Assembly: GCA_944350275.1 (NCBI GenBank)
Contig: CALVOK010000016.1
Coordinates: 10,894-74,893, forward strand
DNA: 64,000 nt
Source of the DNA: an uncultured Clostridia bacterium
GTDB taxonomy: Bacteria; Bacillota; Clostridia; Christensenellales; UBA1242
Direction: 5' to 3'
Part shown: in pieces, positions 50,090 to 58,939 of the stretch
Layout of the letters: each line of letters begins with the position of its first letter
How positions within the stretch are numbered: position 1 is the first letter of the stretch
Notes under the pieces: model-generated
Told to the model about the DNA's origin: nothing
Databases searched by the model: none
The model's input: the letters and a program-made list of their open reading frames with translations, nothing else
Program-made: the position numbers and the translations under genes

Positions 50090-51688
50090 ATGTCATTTAT
50101 ATCATTGTACTTTATATTATTTTTGGCAGTTGTTATTTTATTGTATTTTATTGTTCCTAAAAAACATAGATGGCTTGTCTTACTTGTGGCAAGTTATGTT
50201 TTTTATTTACTAAATGATTTAAGAGCGGTTGTTTTTATTATTTTAACTACTCTAACAATTTATCTTGCTGCAAGGAAGTTAAAATCTATATCCTTAAATC
50301 AAAAGAGTTTTTTTGCTGACAAAGATGAAGAGTGGTTGAAGGAAAATAAGAAAATATATACAAAAAAGTTTAGAAAAAAGAGACAAATTATACTAGCAAT
50401 TACTCTATTGTTTAATTTTGGCATATTGTTTATGCTTAAATATTTTTCAACATTGGCAGATGCATTTGCTGAACTTATAAATGTTCAACCACTTGGACTA
50501 AACATACTTTTACCACTTGGAATTTCTTTTTATATGTTTCAAAGTACAGGATATTTGATTGATGTTTATTATAATAAGGTTGAGCCTGAAAGAAATATAT
50601 TCAAATTTGCTTTGTTTGTAAGTTTTTTCCCTCAACTTGTTCAAGGTCCAATAAGCAGATATAATCAACTCGCTCCTCAACTTATTGAAGGAAATGATTT
50701 TGATACAAAAACATTTAAGTCAGGTTTACTGCTAATGCTTTGGGGATATTTTAAAAAACTCGTTATAGCAGACAGAGCGAATATCCTTTTTGAAGCGATT
50801 ATGCAAAACTATACAAGTTATCAAGGTATAGAAATTTTTGTTGGAATGCTTTGCTTTGTATTGAAACTTTATTGCGACTTTTCTGGAGGAATAGACATTG
50901 CAACGGGTGTAGCAAAGTGTCTAGGTATAGATTTAACTCCTAACTTTAAGAGGCCATTCTTTGCCTTAAGTGTTACTGATTATTGGAGAAGATGGCATAT
51001 AACTTTAGGAGCATGGATGAAAGATTATGTTTTATATCCTCTAACTCTCTCTAAAGGCTACAATAAATTTATTAGAGGATGTAAAAAGGTTTTTAAAAGA
51101 GGTGTAGCAGGAAAAGTTATTCCATCAGGCATTGCAATGTTTTTTATCTTTTTACTTGTTGGAATATGGCATGGTCCGGACCTTACTTACTTACTTTTTG
51201 GTGTATATAATGGTGTTATAATATTAACCGAGACAATATTTAATGAAACAAGGAAAATAAAAAAGATAAAGCCAAAGCAACGAAAAAAATCAACTCAACA
51301 TTTTATTACCTTTGTAAAGTTCAGTGCTACTTTTATGTTGGTTTACTTTGGTAAATATTTTAGTGCGGCAGCATCATTAGGTGGAGGAGTTGACACTGTC
51401 TTTGATTGGTTTGTAGCGACATTTAGATATACTGATATAACAACAATTTTCTACAACTTCTTTTCTTGGACAGGGTTTAATGCTATAAACTTTGTTATAT
51501 TAGTTTTATCGACCGCTGTGTTAGTTTTTGTTGAAGCAATGCAGGAGAAAGGTATAAAAATCAGAGAATTTATATTAAGCAAGAGGATTTATATTCAATG
51601 GGCAGTTTATTATGTTGCTATTCTTGCAATAATACTATTGACTGCCTATAATGGTACAGGTGGGGGTTTTGCGTATGAAAATTTCTGA
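50090..51688 (+). CDS. MBOAT-family membrane O-acyltransferase (DltB/AlgI-like)
   Basis: Polytopic protein with the conserved MBOAT His region (DYWRRWHITLGAWMKDYVLYPL). ATG 50090 is preferred over the ORF-track TTG 50078 because GGAG lies 6 nt upstream. Confidence 0.85.
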   Translation: MSFISLYFILFLAVVILLYFIVPKKHRWLVLLVASYVFYLLNDLRAVVFIILTTLTIYLAARKLKSISLNQKSFFADKDEEWLKENKKIYTKKFRKKRQIILAITLLFNFGILFMLKYFSTLADAFAELINVQPLGLNILLPLGISFYMFQSTGYLIDVYYNKVEPERNIFKFALFVSFFPQLVQGPISRYNQLAPQLIEGNDFDTKTFKSGLLLMLWGYFKKLVIADRANILFEAIMQNYTSYQGIEIFVGMLCFVLKLYCDFSGGIDIATGVAKCLGIDLTPNFKRPFFALSVTDYWRRWHITLGAWMKDYVLYPLTLSKGYNKFIRGCKKVFKRGVAGKVIPSGIAMFFIFLLVGIWHGPDLTYLLFGVYNGVIILTETIFNETRKIKKIKPKQRKKSTQHFITFVKFSATFMLVYFGKYFSAAASLGGGVDTVFDWFVATFRYTDITTIFYNFFSWTGFNAINFVILVLSTAVLVFVEAMQEKGIKIREFILSKRIYIQWAVYYVAILAIILLTAYNGTGGGFAYENF

Positions 51689-52766
51689 AACAAACGAAAA
51701 TCTAAACAAATTACTTCGGTTTTTCATAAAAATATTGGCAATTTTATGCATTGCACTGGCGACTTGTGGGGCATTAAATTTTATATTGATACCCACTCTT
51801 GACACTTCAGTTGTAGGAATAAGCATGATTGACGCAAACAGCCAAAAAGAGAATATAGATGTTATGATGATGGGAACCAGTCGAACGTATAGGGGAGTTG
51901 ATGCACCCTATTTAAGTGAAAAACTTAATGAGAATGTGTTTGATATTGTTTCAAATAGTGTTACATATATTTCGCTTTACCACTTACTGATAGAACTTTG
52001 TAAAACAAACGAGCCTGAGAAGGTTTTTATTGAGGTATCCTCGGTAAATTTTAAAAGAGACATGGGTACTGAAGAAATGTATATCTATCATTTTCTTACA
52101 GGACAAAATCAAAAGGACTATGGGGATGCTGTATCTCTAGATTATGAAGAACGAGGACTATTTGAATTTACAAATTATTTAAGAAATTTTGCTAATGGTA
52201 AATTTGTTGAAAATATAAGGTTTAAGGTGGACCCTGTTCCTTTAGGTAGTACTGATTACTGGGATAATTGTACCTACATGGGCAAGGGTTTTTCATCAGC
52301 AGATGCAACTTGTGATGGAAAAAACTTGGATTTGCCAGGAGCATATTTAACTAACGGAGATGCTTGGGAAGAGGAAGATGTTAACGAAAAGGCCCTAGAA
52401 TATTTCTATAAAATAATAGACTATTGCAATGAACACAACATAGAGGTTATATTATACTCCTTGCCTTATCCTAAAGTTATTATAGAAAAATATTTTGAGG
52501 ACTTTGTGCAGTTTGATAATTCTTTACATTCATATATAGAAAATTATGATAACCTAATTTACCTTGACTTTTCTAAAATACGGGAAGAATATATGGAACT
52601 TTCAACTGATTATTTTTATAATGCTAACCATTGTAATGGCTTGGGCGCAGAAAAGATAGCACCAATATTTCTTGATATATACCGTGAGATAGAAAATAAC
52701 ACATATTCTTATGATAAATGGTTCTATAATGATTTTGGACAATTATTTGAAAATAGTGATGTTTAA
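51675..52766 (+). CDS. membrane-anchored DltD-like / SGNH-fold partner protein (tentative)
   Basis: N-terminal TM anchor (FFIKILAILCIALATCGALNFILI), a GTSR segment where DltD has GSSE, and a C-terminal NANHCNGLGAEKIA resembling the DxxH block. Sits directly after the MBOAT and overlaps it by 14 nt. ATG 51675 is preferred over 51651. Confidence 0.55.
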   Translation: MKISETNENLNKLLRFFIKILAILCIALATCGALNFILIPTLDTSVVGISMIDANSQKENIDVMMMGTSRTYRGVDAPYLSEKLNENVFDIVSNSVTYISLYHLLIELCKTNEPEKVFIEVSSVNFKRDMGTEEMYIYHFLTGQNQKDYGDAVSLDYEERGLFEFTNYLRNFANGKFVENIRFKVDPVPLGSTDYWDNCTYMGKGFSSADATCDGKNLDLPGAYLTNGDAWEEEDVNEKALEYFYKIIDYCNEHNIEVILYSLPYPKVIIEKYFEDFVQFDNSLHSYIENYDNLIYLDFSKIREEYMELSTDYFYNANHCNGLGAEKIAPIFLDIYREIENNTYSYDKWFYNDFGQLFENSDV

Positions 52767-52778
52767 CAAGGAGAAGAT

Positions 52779-54287
52779 ATGAATATTACAAGTCTTTTAG
52801 ATAATGCAAAAAGGAAATTCCCATTAAATGTGGCATATAAATTTCATGAAAACTGCTTAACTTTTGAGCAGGTACATGAATATGCATATTGTATTGCAAG
52901 TAAGATGATTGAGATAAGCGAAGAAAACAAGCCAATTATTGTTTTATCAAACAAAAATTTATTTATACCGTCACTTTATTTAGGAATTGCACTTGCAAAT
53001 TGTTATTATATACCTCTTTCAACAGAAATGCCACAAGTTAAACTTCAATCAATAATTGATTTTACTCAATCTAAAGTTATAATAGCAGACGAAGAGTCTA
53101 GTGAAAAAGTAAGTAAACTCAATTTTCATGGAAAATTGTTATCTATAGATGAATGCATAAGGCATGAAATTAACTTTGACAGTGTCAATGAGAGAAAGGA
53201 AAGAATAGTTGACAATAATCCTTTATATGTTATTTTCACATCAGGCTCTACAGGAGTGCCAAAAGGTGTTGTTACAAGCCATAACTCTGTAGTTGATTAT
53301 GTAGAAACCTTCGCTGATACCTTTAACATAAGTGAAGAAGAGGTGTTTGGAAATCAAGCACCTTTAGATTACATAGCAGGGATACGAGATATTTATATTC
53401 CTTTAGTAAAAGGATGTAAGACTGTATTTTTGCAAAAGAATCTATTTTCAACACCAAAACTCTTATTTGAAGTGCTAAACAATGAAAAAATTACAACAAT
53501 TTGTTGGGTTAGTCCTGCACTGGCTATATGTTGTCAACTAAATGTTTTTGACGAAATCCATCCGAAATACGTAAAAAAGGTATTTTTTACTGGGTCAGTG
53601 TTAGACGTCAATTTTTTAAATATGTGGAAGAGGGCTTTGCCTCAAGCATTATTTGTAAATCACTATGGACCTACAGAAATTACTGCAAGTTGCACTTATT
53701 TTATTGTTGAGAACAACAAAGAATATGAAAGGGGAATTCCTATAGGCAAAGCCTTTAAAAATAGAAGAGTTTTTGTTTTGACAGATGATAACAGAGAGGC
53801 AGAGAAAAATGAAAAAGGACAAATTTGTGTAACAGGAAGTTGTCTTGCTCTAGGTTATTTTAAAAACAAAGAAAAAACGAGTGAATGTTTTGTACAAAAT
53901 CCTTTAAATAATGAATATACCGAAACAATGTATAAGACAGGAGATATAGGTTATGTAGGAGATGATGACAATCTGTATTTCTGTGGGAGACTAGACAATC
54001 AAATAAAGATGATGGGACATAGAGTTGAACTGGGAGACATAGAGATGGTTGCAAACACGTGTAGTGGTATAGATGAGTCTTGCTGTGTGTTTGATAGTCA
54101 ACATTCTGTCATAGTTATGTGTTATACAGGAAAGGCAAGTGCAGGAGAAATAAGCAAATTTTTGCGACAAAATTTACCTTCATTTATGATACCAAGAAAA
54201 CTCATAAATTTGGATAATTTACCTAAACTATACAATGGGAAAATTGATAGACAACTTATAAAAAAATGGGCGGGAATAGAAATATGA
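52779..54287 (+). CDS. adenylate-forming enzyme, DltA-like carrier-protein ligase
   Basis: ANL core motifs YVIFTSGSTGVPKGV, YGPTE, YKTGD, GRLDNQIKMMGHRVELGDIE, and NGKIDR. Confidence 0.85.
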   Translation: MNITSLLDNAKRKFPLNVAYKFHENCLTFEQVHEYAYCIASKMIEISEENKPIIVLSNKNLFIPSLYLGIALANCYYIPLSTEMPQVKLQSIIDFTQSKVIIADEESSEKVSKLNFHGKLLSIDECIRHEINFDSVNERKERIVDNNPLYVIFTSGSTGVPKGVVTSHNSVVDYVETFADTFNISEEEVFGNQAPLDYIAGIRDIYIPLVKGCKTVFLQKNLFSTPKLLFEVLNNEKITTICWVSPALAICCQLNVFDEIHPKYVKKVFFTGSVLDVNFLNMWKRALPQALFVNHYGPTEITASCTYFIVENNKEYERGIPIGKAFKNRRVFVLTDDNREAEKNEKGQICVTGSCLALGYFKNKEKTSECFVQNPLNNEYTETMYKTGDIGYVGDDDNLYFCGRLDNQIKMMGHRVELGDIEMVANTCSGIDESCCVFDSQHSVIVMCYTGKASAGEISKFLRQNLPSFMIPRKLINLDNLPKLYNGKIDRQLIKKWAGIEI

Positions 54288-55096
54288 GATTGTTTGATAA
54301 CTTTAACGAGTATAAAGAAAAGATACAGATTGTTACAGAAAACAAACTAAAAAATATAAATTGTTTTTATTTACCTCAGGAAGTTATACAATTAATAAAA
54401 GAAAAAAGACTTTTTTATATGGAGAATGATGATAATTTCCAAATTTTAGAAGAAAATGAGAATTATTTTAAAGTGTGTTTCTATTCTAAAGATGAAGTAA
54501 ATTTCATCAAGTTTAACACGACTAAACCTGTACTTGCAGACTTGCCATACAACAACAAGAAAAACGAAAAATTTGTAAACATTGAGAAAAAATTGAAAGA
54601 ACAGGGATTTGTTATCAATTGCGAGAGTTCAAGAATGGTGAAATTGGAGCATGAAACGAAGAAAATTGATGAAAATATTTTTAAAAACTATACTATTGAA
54701 AAAATAAAAGAAAGTGATATATGCTTTGTTCTTGAGATTTGGAAGGAAAATTTTGACATGATTAAAAATCTTCTTTATGGCAAAGAAGAACTGCTTAAGC
54801 ATATTGAAGATATTTATATTTGTAAAGATGAAAAGAATAAAATTGTTGGAGCAATGGAAATAGTTATCAATGGAAAGACAGGGTGGATACAAAAAATAGC
54901 CATAGATAAACAGTGCCAGGGAAGAGGTATAGGCTCATATATGGAAATATTTTATATAAATCTTTGCAATTCATTAGGAATAAATAAACTTTTGTTATAT
55001 ACTTTAGATGATGATTATAAAGCACAAAACTTTCACAAAAAGTTTGGTTTTTCATTCGATGGAAAACATAATTGTCAATATATTTATAGGAGATAG
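54284..55096 (+). CDS. GNAT-family N-acetyltransferase with N-terminal extension
   Basis: The C-terminal acetyl-CoA motif QKIAIDKQCQGRGIGSYM is followed by FHKKFGF. ATGA overlap with the stop of the upstream ligase suggests translational coupling, so ATG 54284 is preferred over 54266. Confidence 0.7.
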   Translation: MRLFDNFNEYKEKIQIVTENKLKNINCFYLPQEVIQLIKEKRLFYMENDDNFQILEENENYFKVCFYSKDEVNFIKFNTTKPVLADLPYNNKKNEKFVNIEKKLKEQGFVINCESSRMVKLEHETKKIDENIFKNYTIEKIKESDICFVLEIWKENFDMIKNLLYGKEELLKHIEDIYICKDEKNKIVGAMEIVINGKTGWIQKIAIDKQCQGRGIGSYMEIFYINLCNSLGINKLLLYTLDDDYKAQNFHKKFGFSFDGKHNCQYIYRR

Positions 55097-55098
55097 AT

Positions 55099-55329
55099 AT
55101 GGATAAATTAATGGAAATACTTACAGAGGCAAGGCCAGACCTTGATTTTGAAAAGGAAACTCGACTTATTGATGATGATATTTTAGATAGTTTTGATATC
55201 ATTACAATAGTTGGTGAAATCAATGATGTTTTTGACATCAATATTAGTGTAGGTGACCTTGTGCCTGAAAATTTTAATAGCGCTAATGCTATATGGCAGG
55301 TTGTTCAAAAATATATGAATGAACAATAA
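55099..55329 (+). CDS. acyl/aminoacyl carrier protein (DltC-like)
   Basis: 76 aa, acidic, with a phosphopantetheine attachment context (DDDILDSFDIITIVGEI). Confidence 0.8.
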   Translation: MDKLMEILTEARPDLDFEKETRLIDDDILDSFDIITIVGEINDVFDINISVGDLVPENFNSANAIWQVVQKYMNEQ

Positions 55330-55450
55330 ACAAGATTTAGTACTTGTTTTAGTTTTGTTGGTTGTATTCAATAATAAATTGAGTATTATAAATGTAATTA
55401 TTTCAATTGTTAAAGATAGTAAAAAAGGAATTATAGAACATAATAAATAT

Positions 55451-55804
55451 TTAACTTATAAAGCATAGAGCGATAACAGTATTTTCTGATTGGGAAATGC
55501 TGAGTTTAATATTTTTAAATTTTTTGGTCGTAAAAATTAATTTTGCTTTATCATATAGATTTATTTTGAATAAATTTTTTTCTATAATGACTTCTATATT
55601 TGTAGGCGAGATTCCTTTTGAAAAACCTGTACCAAGTGCTTTAACAAATGCTTCTTTTAATGAAAAAAAACAAGCAAGTTTTGTTTCATTAAATTTTTGT
55701 TTGCTAAGGTAATTTAATTCTTTGTCTGTAAAAATGCTATTTAGCATTTTTTTATTTTTTATACGAGAAAATCTATCAATTTCAACAATATCTACGCCTA
55801 TCAC
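55451..55804 (-). CDS. acpS: holo-[acyl-carrier-protein] synthase
   Basis: N-terminal IGVDIVEIDRF and the later SLKEAFVKALG motif. GTG at 55804 with AAGAGG 7 nt upstream is preferred over the longer ORF-track start at 55861. Confidence 0.85.
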   Translation of the reverse strand: MIGVDIVEIDRFSRIKNKKMLNSIFTDKELNYLSKQKFNETKLACFFSLKEAFVKALGTGFSKGISPTNIEVIIEKNLFKINLYDKAKLIFTTKKFKNIKLSISQSENTVIALCFIS

Positions 55805-55942
55805 GATAAAACCTCTTAATTTAGTATAACAAAAAAGAAATTTAAAACAAAATATTTCCAAGATTATTTTTTTTATAATTAAATTTTTGTTTTGAAATAT
55901 GTTAATAATATGTTATATTTTGTTTATAATAAAGAGGTTAAT

Positions 55943-57091
55943 ATGAAGAAAATTGGTATGATTTTTATTCTTTTTTTTGGAATTATTGTCTCTTCTTCAC
56001 TTCTGGCATCATGTGGAGAGGAGACTATTCCTGTTGAAGATATATCCATGCCAGAGAATGTAGAGTTATTTAAAGGGCAGTCTAAGGTTATTGACGTTGA
56101 TTTTACACCTCAAAATGCCTATAATTATTATATTAATTTTGAAAGTTCGGATAGTCAGATTGTAGAAATCACTAATTCAAGTTTTAATAAAGTTAGAGTA
56201 TACGCAAAAAATTATGGGAATGTAACTATAACTTGTATTGTAAAAAATATAGAAGGATATGAAGAAATAACAGCAGAAACTAATATATCAGTTACAGACG
56301 GAGAGATGTTTGATATTGCAATAAATTCAGATCAACTTGACCTATTATACTACGAGGGGCAAACGTTAAACCTTAGCGATATAAAAGTATATGCTTGTTA
56401 TCAAAGTGGGAATAGGGTGCTTTTGCAAGAAAATGAATATGAGATAGACATACCAAACCCGCTGACAATTGGCTCAGTAGTTAGAGTTCAATATGGAGTT
56501 TATCAAGATGAAATTATGCTTAACGTAATTGAGGACATATTGCTTAAAATAGAGTTAACAAATTCTCCAACAAAGACTCAATATTTAGTAGGGGAGTCTT
56601 TTAATCCTGAGGGTATGATTATAAAAAGTGTATGGGCGAGCGGGAAACGTGAAATAGTAGAAGATTTTACTTATGATAGTACTCCTTTTAAGCATGATGA
56701 CAGTGTTGTAAGAATAAATTATCAAAACTTTTCAGTAGAAATACCTATTTCTGTGAGAGCGACTTATCAGGTCTATGATTACAGTCAACTACAAAATATT
56801 ATTAATATGGCACAAGATGGCGATAGTATAATGATTATAGGACAGCATAGTAACGTAGATACAGTCTATATACCAGCATCTAAAAACCTTTACATCTATG
56901 GAGAGGTCGGAGAAACTATTTCTATTACAGCAAAAGAGGACAGTCCTGCGTTTATTATAACAGGAGATAGTGGAAGTTTAACTCTTGCAAACCTTACCAT
57001 TATATCTCAAGGAACAGCCGAGTCATCTATAGTTTTTGAAAATGTTGATAGCGAGATAAATTTAGTGCTACAAGATGTTATACAAGAGTAA
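55943..57091 (+). CDS. lipoprotein with bacterial Ig-like (Big_2/Big_3-type) domains and a beta-helix-like C-terminus
   Basis: Lipobox SLLASC|GEE after ATG 55943 (SD AAAGAGG). Big-like segments (VELFKGQSKVIDVDFTPQNA…, KTQYLVGESFNPEGMIIKSVWASGKREIV). Confidence 0.65.
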   Translation: MKKIGMIFILFFGIIVSSSLLASCGEETIPVEDISMPENVELFKGQSKVIDVDFTPQNAYNYYINFESSDSQIVEITNSSFNKVRVYAKNYGNVTITCIVKNIEGYEEITAETNISVTDGEMFDIAINSDQLDLLYYEGQTLNLSDIKVYACYQSGNRVLLQENEYEIDIPNPLTIGSVVRVQYGVYQDEIMLNVIEDILLKIELTNSPTKTQYLVGESFNPEGMIIKSVWASGKREIVEDFTYDSTPFKHDDSVVRINYQNFSVEIPISVRATYQVYDYSQLQNIINMAQDGDSIMIIGQHSNVDTVYIPASKNLYIYGEVGETISITAKEDSPAFIITGDSGSLTLANLTIISQGTAESSIVFENVDSEINLVLQDVIQE

Positions 57092-57102
57092 AACACATTG
57101 CT

Positions 57103-58005
57103 TTAATTTGTATTATCATTAATTTCAACAATTTTACTATTTTCTACGCAAAATTCATAAATTATTTTGCCCTTGTTTGATAGTGCAAAACAGGTTTTGT
57201 AGTCAATCATATAAAAATAATCTATACTGCCAAAATAGTTTTTAATATCTTCTAAGGAGAGTTTGCTTGTTATACTTTCGCTTAGAAGATTTTTTATTAT
57301 ATTATCATCATCGTTTTTTAAGGCATACATAAATTGATAAGGCAATAGTTCGCATGGATAGTTTTGGTCAGATAAAACAAAGGCTTTATTTTTTAATTTT
57401 AATCCTTCACTATCAACATAATACTCTTTTTCTATGCTATCATAAAAGTTTTGAGAATTAATCACTTTAAAACCCTTATCATAGACCTCTATTTTTTCTC
57501 CATGAAATTGTTTTGCTACATTGCTTTTGGTGTTATAAGCAATAAGAATGTTAAAATTGTTATTTTCTAGGAGAACATAATTTATAAAATAAAAATTTCC
57601 ACATTTTATTTTTTTGAAAGAAAATGGAAGATAAATTTTCTTGATGTGAGATTTGGTTTTAAACTTAATTGACTGAGAGGATACTTCAGTAAAACTTTTT
57701 TCGTTGTTGAATTGGAAACTATAAATATCTACATTTTGACTATAAAGTCCATCAATTAAGAAAATTAGATATTTATCATTTTTTTCAACTATAGAGTAAA
57801 ATTGGTTGTTTTTATCATTTACATCAATTACGAAAGAGTATCTTTTGGTTTTCCCTATTGGATAGACATAAATTGAACTGTAGTTTTCTAAAGTAATATG
57901 CTGGTTAATATCTAGTGTTTGTTGAGAATTATCATTTTTTATCAAACATTCGTAAGGTGTATAAATTACGACACTTTTCATAGAGTAATTTATGTAGAAA
58001 AGCAA
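57103..58005 (-). CDS. hypothetical protein (300 aa; start uncertain, TTG 58005 or ATG 57981)
   Basis: Long ORF, Asn/Lys/Tyr-rich, predicted beta-rich. No motif recognised and no clear SD at either start. Confidence 0.5.
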   Translation of the reverse strand: MLFYINYSMKSVVIYTPYECLIKNDNSQQTLDINQHITLENYSSIYVYPIGKTKRYSFVIDVNDKNNQFYSIVEKNDKYLIFLIDGLYSQNVDIYSFQFNNEKSFTEVSSQSIKFKTKSHIKKIYLPFSFKKIKCGNFYFINYVLLENNNFNILIAYNTKSNVAKQFHGEKIEVYDKGFKVINSQNFYDSIEKEYYVDSEGLKLKNKAFVLSDQNYPCELLPYQFMYALKNDDDNIIKNLLSESITSKLSLEDIKNYFGSIDYFYMIDYKTCFALSNKGKIIYEFCVENSKIVEINDNTN

Positions 58006-58123
58006 GCAAAAATAACATTTTTTAAAAAAATAATAGAAAAATAGTATTAAATCTATAAAATCAAAAAATTAGTTGTATAAAATCATTCTTGATTGTCAAA
58101 AAATTTAACAAGGAGATGATATT

Positions 58124-58873
58124 ATGAAAAATGGATTATGGGAAAATCACGAGGTCAAGGACCTTTTTATGCTAGTAGAAAAAAACAAAAATGAAGGGCA
58201 ACCACTAAGAAAGGCTTTTATGGAACACGCAAGAAAATATAGTCGTCAGCCAAACAGTGTAAGAAATTATTATTATCATGAAATTGACAATTTGGAAGAG
58301 GATAAAGAAAGACTGAAAAAACTAGGTATAGACCTCGAAAAACATAGAAAGAATACTATTCAATATTTTTCAAAAGAGGAAGAGGATAATTTAATGTTAA
58401 AGATTGATAAACTGGTTGAGAATGGATGTTCTGTTAGAAAAGCATGCCTTACCATTTCTAATGGGGATGTAAATCAAATGCTTCGCTTCCAAAATAAATA
58501 TCGAAATTTTAAGGCTAAACAGAAACCAATAAAGAAGGATAATATAATAAGGTTTTCAAAGAAAAAAGAAAGAATAAGCGAAGCAGAATTGCAGGCTCTT
58601 TTTATGGGACTTGTGAGACTTGTCAAGCGAAGCGCAACGGAAGAGATAAACGAACAAGTAAAGACAACTATGGATAGAGCAAGTCAAGAACTTCGCAAGA
58701 CAATAGTGGCTTTAAATAATAAAGAACGTGAATACAGAGAACTTAAAGATGCTTTTATGAAAATCAAGGAAGAAAATTCCAAACTTGTAAAAGATATGTT
58801 CAAATTAAAATGTGACAAAGCAGGAAAACTACGTCAGAAATTCGAACAAATTGACATTGTAAAAGGTAGTTAA
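58124..58873 (+). CDS. Myb/SANT-like (RsfA-like) DNA-binding protein with C-terminal coiled coil (tentative)
   Basis: The N-terminus W-x3-E-x3-L…AF…R…SVRNYYY resembles the RsfA/Myb helix pattern. A second similar segment is FSKEEEDNLMLKIDKLVENGCSVRKAC…FQNKYRN. The C-terminus is Lys/Glu-rich coiled coil. SD AAGGAG upstream. Confidence 0.45.
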   Translation: MKNGLWENHEVKDLFMLVEKNKNEGQPLRKAFMEHARKYSRQPNSVRNYYYHEIDNLEEDKERLKKLGIDLEKHRKNTIQYFSKEEEDNLMLKIDKLVENGCSVRKACLTISNGDVNQMLRFQNKYRNFKAKQKPIKKDNIIRFSKKKERISEAELQALFMGLVRLVKRSATEEINEQVKTTMDRASQELRKTIVALNNKEREYRELKDAFMKIKEENSKLVKDMFKLKCDKAGKLRQKFEQIDIVKGS

Positions 58874-58878
58874 TGGAT

Positions 58879-58905
58879 AAAATGGATTTAAATCCATTTT
58901 TTTCT
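58879..58905 (+). terminator. rho-independent terminator
   Basis: AAAATGGAT pairs with ATCCATTTT (9 bp, 4-nt loop), followed by a T-run. Confidence 0.75.
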
Positions 58906-58924
58906 TTATTTTTGTTAATTTATA

Positions 58925-58933
58925 TGATAAAAT
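58925..58933 (+). promoter_or_regulatory. extended -10 promoter placed for a leaderless addB transcript
   Basis: TGaTAAAAT (58925-58933), 6 nt (ATAACT), then ATG 58940. No SD. Confidence 0.4.
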
Positions 58934-58939
58934 ATAACT

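Noticed and set aside
4627-55892. Longer ORF-track starts: TTG 4627, TTG 50078, ATG 51651, ATG 54266, ATG 55861 (minus strand) and ATG 55892
   Set aside because: In each case a downstream start has a proper SD or promoter geometry, restores a canonical N-terminus (signal peptide, lipobox, or the AcpS IGVDIVE motif), or gives a coupling overlap (ATGA). The upstream extensions add implausible residues or run into promoter elements.
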